Source: Candidatus Bathyarchaeota archaeon RBG_16_48_13 (GTDB taxonomy: Archaea > Thermoproteota > Bathyarchaeia > RBG-16-48-13). Taken from it: a stretch of 18,638 nucleotides of DNA. The position numbers and the translations under genes were made by a program. The notes beneath the pieces were generated by a model that did no database searches, was not told the DNA's origin, and was given only the letters and a program-made list of their open reading frames with translations. The DNA lies in the NCBI GenBank assembly GCA_001775995.1, contig MEZH01000004.1:21642-40279 (forward strand). The letters run 5' to 3'. This document shows positions 1 through 5,519 of the stretch, in pieces (position 1 is the stretch's first letter; every line of letters begins with the position of its first letter).

Positions 1-261
1 CAATGGTTCAGCACCCATCACAGAAATATCATTGACTGTCCCCGAGACTGCAAGTCTGCCGATGTCACCGCCAGGGAAGAATAGGGGCTTAACCGTGCTG
101 GAATCGGACTTTAGAACTATGCCGTCTATCACCGCGGCATCGTCCAACGCCTCGAGGGGGACCTCAGCATTGCTTCCGCCGAGATATTTCACTATGTATT
201 CCTTTATTAGATCCTGCATTATTGAGCCGCCAGCTCCATGACCAAGAGTGACCATCTTCAT
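1..261 (-). CDS. hypE: Hydrogenase maturation protein HypE, 5' part; runs off the window start
   Basis: Not in the ORF track. Manual translation from ATG at 261 gives MKMVTLGHGAGGSIMQDLIKEYIV...LDDAAVIDGIVLKSDSSTVKPLFFPGGDIGRLAVSGTVNDISVMGAEPL. The HGxGG, DDAA and PLFFPGGDIG...GTVND motifs are diagnostic of HypE. AGGTG SD lies 7 nt upstream. Confidence 0.93.
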   Translation of the reverse strand, partial: MKMVTLGHGAGGSIMQDLIKEYIVKYLGGSNAEVPLEALDDAAVIDGIVLKSDSSTVKPLFFPGGDIGRLAVSGTVNDISVMGAEPL

Positions 262-357
262 AACGCTACACCTTAGAGTGAATCCATTTTGCAGATACTA
301 ACCTATGATTACGATCATCAATTCCTGACTAGAACCACATTTCCATCGACCAATCCG

Positions 358-645
358 TCACGGGAAGACCAGCTCAACGGATATCGCCTTTCTCTTCTGG
401 AAGTGCCATATCTCGGCTTTGGCGTTGAAAGCTTGCGCCCATTCTCTAAGAACCTGACGATCTGCTTCCTTGACCCTAGCCTTGCCGCTCTTTATTTGGA
501 TTAGAACTGTCTGAGCGCCTTTTCCTGCGAATATGTCTATTGGCGAGTGACTCGCAGCAGACCTCTGAGCGAGCCAACCCTCTTCTCGAAGCTTTATCAG
601 GGCTTTGTATTCGTATGCTCTGCCTCTGGCGTATTGCCTGTTCAT
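358..645 (-). CDS. Small Hjc-like (Holliday junction resolvase family) PD-(D/E)xK nuclease, 95 aa
   Basis: MNRQYARGRAYEYKAL..LREEGWLAQRSAASHSPIDIFA...VLIQIKSG follows the Hjc pattern G..E...L...G..V.RSA.S...D..A...(E/Q)xK. Start reassigned to ATG 645; the extension to 828 is low-quality sequence covering the intergenic promoter. Confidence 0.78.
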   Translation of the reverse strand: MNRQYARGRAYEYKALIKLREEGWLAQRSAASHSPIDIFAGKGAQTVLIQIKSGKARVKEADRQVLREWAQAFNAKAEIWHFQKRKAISVELVFP

Positions 646-728
646 GCTGAACACTGTCCTAAGAGAGATTGCTGAAGGATAAAAGAATATTCGAAGAATC
701 CTAGGCGAATCGAATAAACAAGAATGCC

Positions 729-742
729 AATTAATATATAGT
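729..742. promoter_or_regulatory. AT-rich TATA-like element in the divergent hjc-like/RACo intergenic region
   Basis: AATTAATATATAGT is the most AT-rich stretch between the divergent starts at 645 and 830 and can read as a TATA box on either strand. Confidence 0.4.
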
Positions 743-829
743 AAGGTCAGACATTTCACAAGAAAGGCGGCGTAAGAGGCGGACCTCCGCATATTCTGAG
801 ATAATACGTAGAGTTGTGTGATAGTCACA

Positions 830-2725
830 ATGGATAAGGCGAAAGTGCTTTTTCAGCCCGATGGCAAACGGAGTGAAGGCCAACCTGGAGAGAGCATCCT
901 TCATCTGGCTCAGAGGATGGGTCTGGATTTGAATTCCCTTTGCGGGGGGCTGGGCGTCTGCAAGAAATGCTTGATCGTGATCAAAGAAGGTGGATCCATT
1001 CTGTCGCCACTCACGGATACAGAAGCGAGATTCTTCTCTGAGGGAGAAGTGTCGGAGGGCTACAGATTGGCTTGTCGAACGTCCATCCTCCGCACAGGCG
1101 ACATAGTTGTTGAGATCCCATTTGAGAGCAGAACTGGCCAGATGAAGCTTCTGGCATCGGGTATTGAAGCTAAGGTCTCTCTGAATCCAGCTGTGAGGAA
1201 GGCGCTTGTCCAGCTGAGGAAGCCAACACTCAAGAATATCGAGGCTGATGCAGAGAATCTCCTGGCAACCATCAAAGAGAAATATGGGATTCGATTTGGC
1301 AGCCTCTCCTACGAGGTCTTAAAACGGCTGCCCGCAGCCCTCAGGGAAGGAAACTGGAATGTTTCCATCACAATACGCCAGGATGAAGAGGTCATTGCTG
1401 TCGAACCAAATGATACGACGGCTAGACTCTTCGGTTTCGCTGTTGATGTCGGAACCACGAAGCTCGCGGGGTATTTAGTTGATCTCTCGAAAGGGAAAGT
1501 TGTGGCGTCCGCGTCCATGATAAACCCGCAGGTACCTTACGGCGACGACATATTGTCGCGGATCACCTACACAAACAGCAATCCGGATGGGCTCAACAAG
1601 TTGGCTTCAACGGTTCGCGAGGGCATTATGAAACTCATAGGAGATTGCTGCGCGGAAGCAGGGGTAGAAAAGGAGGAGGTCTACGATGTCGTAGCTGTCG
1701 GAAATACGGCCATGCATCACATCCTTTTCGGGATCGACCCCGAGTACGTAGCGTTGGCACCTCACCCAGCAGCCATAAGGTCGTCATTAAACGTAAAAGC
1801 ACGCGAGATCGGTTTGAGGATCAGCGAAGGAGCATACGCGTATTCTCTGCCTCTGGTGGCAGGCTTCGTAGGTTCTGATGCGGTCGCCGACGGAATGGCC
1901 ACGGAGATACACATGAGCGAGGAGGTAGCCATGATGATAGACATTGGAACCAATACAGAAATCGTTTTGGGAAGTAAATACGGACTTGGTGCTTGCTCGT
2001 GTGCCTCTGGTCCAGCCTTTGAAGGTGCCCGCATAAAGAACGGCATGAGAGCAGCAACTGGTGCCATCGAGTCTATCTGGATTGAGCCTGATCTTAGGAT
2101 TCGCTACAAGACCATTGACTCCGCTGCGCCCAGGGGGATCTGTGGATCAGCCATGGTGGATGCCTTGGCGGAATTCCTGGTAAATGGCCTGATAGATAAC
2201 ACAGGAAAGATCAGAGTCGAGAAAGGACACCCCCAAGTGAGAAGGACAGACAATCTGTCCGAGGTAGTAATTGCCGAAAAGGGGGAGACGGTCGGTGGAG
2301 AGGAAATTACCGTAACTCAGGCTGACATTCGAGAGATTCAGCTGGCTAAAGCCGCCATATACACTGGGGCTTCAATCCTCATGAAGAACATGAGAATATT
2401 GCCGGAGGAGCTAAAGAGAATCTTCATAGCAGGCGCTTTCGGGAATTATGTCAACCCTGAGAACGCCAGGATAATTGGAATGTATCCGGATATAGCTTTG
2501 AGCAAAGTGAGATTTGTCGGCAACTCTGCTGGATCAGGGGCTAGGATGGCCCTCCTCTCCTACGACATACGCAGGATGGCTGAGATCGTCGCGAACAAGA
2601 TATCATACGTTGAACTCGCGGCAGATCCATCATTCAACAAGGAATTCATAAAAGCGATGTATCTACCACACGAGGAAGAGAAGCGTTTCAAAAACGTTAT
2701 GAAACTTCTGAGGAATGCGACCTAG
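830..2725 (+). CDS. ASKHA-domain ATP-dependent reductive activator of corrinoid proteins (RACo/AcsV/DUF4445 family) with N-terminal [2Fe-2S] ferredoxin domain
   Basis: N-terminal CGGLGVCKKC (CX5CX2C) plus RLAC supply the [2Fe-2S] ligands. ASKHA motifs VDVGTTK, IDIGTNTEI, GPAFEG, GICGS and AGAFGNY are present. Start is ATG 830 or GTG 818. Confidence 0.92.
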   Translation: MDKAKVLFQPDGKRSEGQPGESILHLAQRMGLDLNSLCGGLGVCKKCLIVIKEGGSILSPLTDTEARFFSEGEVSEGYRLACRTSILRTGDIVVEIPFESRTGQMKLLASGIEAKVSLNPAVRKALVQLRKPTLKNIEADAENLLATIKEKYGIRFGSLSYEVLKRLPAALREGNWNVSITIRQDEEVIAVEPNDTTARLFGFAVDVGTTKLAGYLVDLSKGKVVASASMINPQVPYGDDILSRITYTNSNPDGLNKLASTVREGIMKLIGDCCAEAGVEKEEVYDVVAVGNTAMHHILFGIDPEYVALAPHPAAIRSSLNVKAREIGLRISEGAYAYSLPLVAGFVGSDAVADGMATEIHMSEEVAMMIDIGTNTEIVLGSKYGLGACSCASGPAFEGARIKNGMRAATGAIESIWIEPDLRIRYKTIDSAAPRGICGSAMVDALAEFLVNGLIDNTGKIRVEKGHPQVRRTDNLSEVVIAEKGETVGGEEITVTQADIREIQLAKAAIYTGASILMKNMRILPEELKRIFIAGAFGNYVNPENARIIGMYPDIALSKVRFVGNSAGSGARMALLSYDIRRMAEIVANKISYVELAADPSFNKEFIKAMYLPHEEEKRFKNVMKLLRNAT

Positions 2726-2734
2726 CGTAGATTT

Positions 2735-2921
2735 ATGACGGAGAGCAGCTCTGAACTGGAAGGATCAGTTGAGATTCACGACCAATAAGGACAAGGCCCA
2801 GAAGATTCATGAAAGAGTAGCGTCCAAGTCCGGTGCCTGTTCCGTGTGCAGCGAGTGGTGCGTCTTCAAGATTTTGGATGAGTACATGGAGAAAGAGGGA
2901 CCTCCGGAAAAATGCTTCTAA
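2735..2921 (+). pseudogene. thiC: Remnant of the C-terminal Fe-S domain of a ThiC/BzaAB/BzaF-family radical-SAM enzyme
   Basis: Frame 2742-2921 reads RAALNWKDQLRFTTNKDKAQKIHERVASKSGACSVCSEWCVFKILDEYMEKEGPPEKCF*, matching the archaeal ThiC C-terminus pattern AR..LDW..Q......KA.K.......ACS.C...C. In-frame TGA at 2736-2738, the ATG at 2735 is out of frame, and the rest of the gene is absent. Confidence 0.8.
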
Positions 2922-2922
2922 T

Positions 2923-3381
2923 TTAGAGGCCTAGATCCATCTTCAATTCTTCCTTCAACGTCCTCAGCACCACCACGCTCATTGTTGAAATGATGCCATC
3001 CACCTTGCCCAAGATGTCCAAGATCTTGGCAAGACCTTCGCTTCCATTGGTTCTGACCTTTATGACAGCGTAATATTCTCCAGTTACGTCGTATATCTCG
3101 TAGAGGTCTTTCATTCTTAGAAGGTGTTCAAGGACATTCGCGTATTTCAGCGGATCAACTTTTAGATAGACGAGGGCCGTGAACCCTTTGCCGACCTTCT
3201 CTGGAGCAACAATCGTGTAGAAGCCCTTTATCACGCCTGCTTCTCTCATCTTCCTTACACGCAGATGGATCGTGGCTTCGCTGACCCCAAAATTACGTGC
3301 CAGATCAGCGAAGGAAGCCCTAGCGTCATGTTGAAGCGACGACAAAATCTTCTTGTCAAGATCATCCAACTTGCTTGCCAA
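2923..3381 (-). CDS. Lrp/AsnC family transcriptional regulator
   Basis: LDDLDKKILSSLQHDARASFADLARNFGVSEATIHLRVRKMREAGVIKGF is the Lrp HTH; C-terminal RAM domain contains YDVTGEY. TTG start. Confidence 0.95.
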   Translation of the reverse strand: MASKLDDLDKKILSSLQHDARASFADLARNFGVSEATIHLRVRKMREAGVIKGFYTIVAPEKVGKGFTALVYLKVDPLKYANVLEHLLRMKDLYEIYDVTGEYYAVIKVRTNGSEGLAKILDILGKVDGIISTMSVVVLRTLKEELKMDLGL

Positions 3382-3426
3382 AGGCAGATCCCCAATACGG
3401 AGGGTATTATTGAGTTAGCAATAGGA

Positions 3427-3435
3427 TTTATTAAA
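3427..3435 (-). promoter_or_regulatory. TATA box of the lrp gene
   Basis: Minus strand TTTAATAAA about 46-54 nt upstream of the TTG start. Confidence 0.5.
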
Positions 3436-3493
3436 TTAATCACGGTTTGCAGCTCTTGCAGCGAGATTCATCAAGAGGCGATGAGCAAGATTC

Positions 3494-4039
3494 TCAAACG
3501 CAAATTGTTAGGATGTCTTTCAGTTGCTCAGAGTCTTGGATAAGACGGATTTTGAATCTCATCTTCTCCAACAGTCCTATTTGTTTCGTTTCGTCGCCTT
3601 TCTTTAATAGTGTCAGGATTTTCAGCGAATTTCTGGTTCCGATCCTCTTAATCTCTTTCAGAGCCCTCCGTTTGTTCAGCACGTTTTGGAGAGTCGTTAA
3701 CGCGAATATCCTTGAAAAGCACTCATCTCTCAGAGGAAGGAATTCGACATCCGCCAAAACCAGATCAACATTTCTGAAGCTCAATGATCTTCTCTTGGCC
3801 TGCTCCAGCATCTTGAGGGATATATCAATTCCGACGACAAGTCTTGACCGTTTAGCAATCAAGGGTATCAGAAGGCCGGTTCCGCATCCAGCATCGAGGA
3901 CCGAATCCGCTTTGGATAGCGATAGGGCAGGCAAAATGGCACAGTATTTCGATTTCTGCTCAGGCAGATACAGCTGATCGTAGATCTCTGCCGTGCGATC
4001 ATATTTCTTCATGAGTGTTTTCTTGCGCTTGGAGTCCAA
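3494..4039 (-). CDS. Class I SAM-dependent methyltransferase (Methyltransf_11/25-like)
   Basis: Motif I VLDAGCGTG, acidic GIDIS, ADVEFLPLRDECF and N-terminal YDRTAEIYD. Substrate cannot be assigned. Confidence 0.9.
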   Translation of the reverse strand: MDSKRKKTLMKKYDRTAEIYDQLYLPEQKSKYCAILPALSLSKADSVLDAGCGTGLLIPLIAKRSRLVVGIDISLKMLEQAKRRSLSFRNVDLVLADVEFLPLRDECFSRIFALTTLQNVLNKRRALKEIKRIGTRNSLKILTLLKKGDETKQIGLLEKMRFKIRLIQDSEQLKDILTICV

Positions 4040-4046
4040 AGTGGTC

Positions 4047-4838
4047 CTAGCTCTTTGGTTTTGTAAAGAAGTCGCTGATTTTGCTTCCTTCAGATCTCTT
4101 TAAGATCTCTGCGCATTTCTTGACGTTTATCCTCTTGTATTCGAGGTTCATCGAATCCAGAAGAGGTTTGATGCCTTTGCCGAGTTTCGGCGCAGCTATG
4201 ATCCCTCGGATTTTCGGGTTTGTCTTAGAGAGGGGTTCAACATAACCCCTAAGTTGGATGACCGCTTCCTTTCTTACGGTCCCCCTCTTTATCTCAATTA
4301 TTACGGGGTTTCCTTCTTCGTCGACCCCGAAGATGTCTATGAAGCCTGTAGGTTGCATCTTCTCATCGATTATGCACCTGAAGTTTTCTTCAATTAGAGA
4401 GGGGCGCAGCATAATTGACTTTTTGATGTCTTCTTCTGACACGTATAAGGAGAAGGCGCCCTTATCGACGAGATTCAGAATAGTGACGAGGCTCAACTCA
4501 TCGAAAAGAATCTCCAGGGTCTCTCGTGGTTGGGATCTTATCGCCCTTATCTTGAGGTCAATACCGCTGACGAGTTCCGTTTGGATGATGCAACCCGGAG
4601 GCTGCCAGTTCACTGGCTCGTAACCCGTCGACCGGTGAATTAGGATGGATCTGTCTGATTTTATCATGACAAGGCGCTCTCCCCAATCCAGTTTTGAGGA
4701 GGCGCGGCCTTCATAATCTACTCGACAGTTCCCGACTATGAGCAGAACGCTTTGCTTGGCAACAGCATTTTGGATTACGAAGAGAGAGTCCTTTGGTGTT
4801 AAGTTCGGGTAGACGAAGAAATTGGTTTTCTGCAGCAT
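4047..4838 (-). CDS. nucS: Endonuclease NucS/EndoMS (mismatch-specific)
   Basis: CRVDYEGRASSKL..GERLVMIKSD.SILIH...EPVNWQPPG N-domain; catalytic IDIFGVD...IIEIKR...AVIQLRGY. Confidence 0.96.
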   Translation of the reverse strand: MLQKTNFFVYPNLTPKDSLFVIQNAVAKQSVLLIVGNCRVDYEGRASSKLDWGERLVMIKSDRSILIHRSTGYEPVNWQPPGCIIQTELVSGIDLKIRAIRSQPRETLEILFDELSLVTILNLVDKGAFSLYVSEEDIKKSIMLRPSLIEENFRCIIDEKMQPTGFIDIFGVDEEGNPVIIEIKRGTVRKEAVIQLRGYVEPLSKTNPKIRGIIAAPKLGKGIKPLLDSMNLEYKRINVKKCAEILKRSEGSKISDFFTKPKS

Positions 4839-4940
4839 ATAGGTGATCTACTCGATACGGGCGGCATCTGAGAGATTGGGCAATATTCATTCTATTAGGC
4901 ACATATCTATAAAAGATGTGGCATTCAAGCCAGAATAGAG

Positions 4941-4960
4941 AAAAAAGAAGAGGGAAAAAA
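4941..4960 (-). terminator. Oligo-T archaeal terminator downstream of albA
   Basis: Minus strand TTTTTTCCCTCTTCTTTTTT starts about 36 nt after the albA stop codon. Confidence 0.6.
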
Positions 4961-4995
4961 TGCGGTCTTCCCTTATTCTAACGGCAAATAACCCT

Positions 4996-5274
4996 TTAAC
5001 GAGTGAGGGTTATTTCTATTGTCGAGACGGCTCGAGTTCCGCCTTCTTCCACCGGCATCTCCTCAGTACCCAATTGGATGTTGCTTACCTTCATGTTCTC
5101 CATGAATCTGCGGCGGGTTATCTCCGCAGTATCTACAGCGGTGGTAATGGCTTGACCTCTTGCCTTCAGAGTCACTTCCTTTGTGTTGGCCGTGTTGAAA
5201 CAGGTTATTACCGCCAGCACATAGCTCATCACGGGCTTCTTTCCTACGTAGACAATATTTGTTTCTTTAGACAT
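4996..5274 (-). CDS. albA: DNA/RNA-binding chromatin protein Alba
   Basis: [15 protein letters not shown]...[24 protein letters not shown]...VSTIEITL; AGGTGA SD upstream. Confidence 0.97.
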   Translation of the reverse strand: MSKETNIVYVGKKPVMSYVLAVITCFNTANTKEVTLKARGQAITTAVDTAEITRRRFMENMKVSNIQLGTEEMPVEEGGTRAVSTIEITLTR

Positions 5275-5519
5275 AGCGTTTTCACCTATTTGGTATTTCT
5301 GGAGTTTTTGGATTCAATGTTTTTGCCGTTTTAGGCAGAATTTATTCTGCATTTATTGTACTTATCTTTTTCCATCCTTGAAATGAGGGACAAATGATCT
5401 GATTATTCATGTTCAACACCTGTGTTCGCGTTCCTTAAGGTTGCCCTTGCCGTTATCCGCTGGGTCAGTTGAAGAGTATTCGGGTTATCAGAAGCCCGTT
5501 TTTCTAGCGATGACAGTGT

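Noticed and set aside
646-828. N-terminal extension of the Hjc-like ORF
   Set aside because: Non-conserved-looking sequence spanning the divergent promoter; homology begins at ATG 645.
2715-2738. Selenocysteine or readthrough at TGA 2736 joining ATG 2715 to the ThiC-like frame
   Set aside because: The TGA does not align with a conserved Cys, I recognised no SECIS-like element, and decay by small deletions explains the junction more simply.
3447-3977. 176-aa plus-strand ORF and other short ORF-track entries antisense to or nested in called genes
   Set aside because: They overlap well-supported genes and show no recognisable domains.
5481-5503. Plus-strand hairpin plus T5 (CGGGTT...AGCCCG TTTTT) resembling a bacterial intrinsic terminator
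   Set aside because: No plus-strand gene ends here and the stem is short; no function can be supported.
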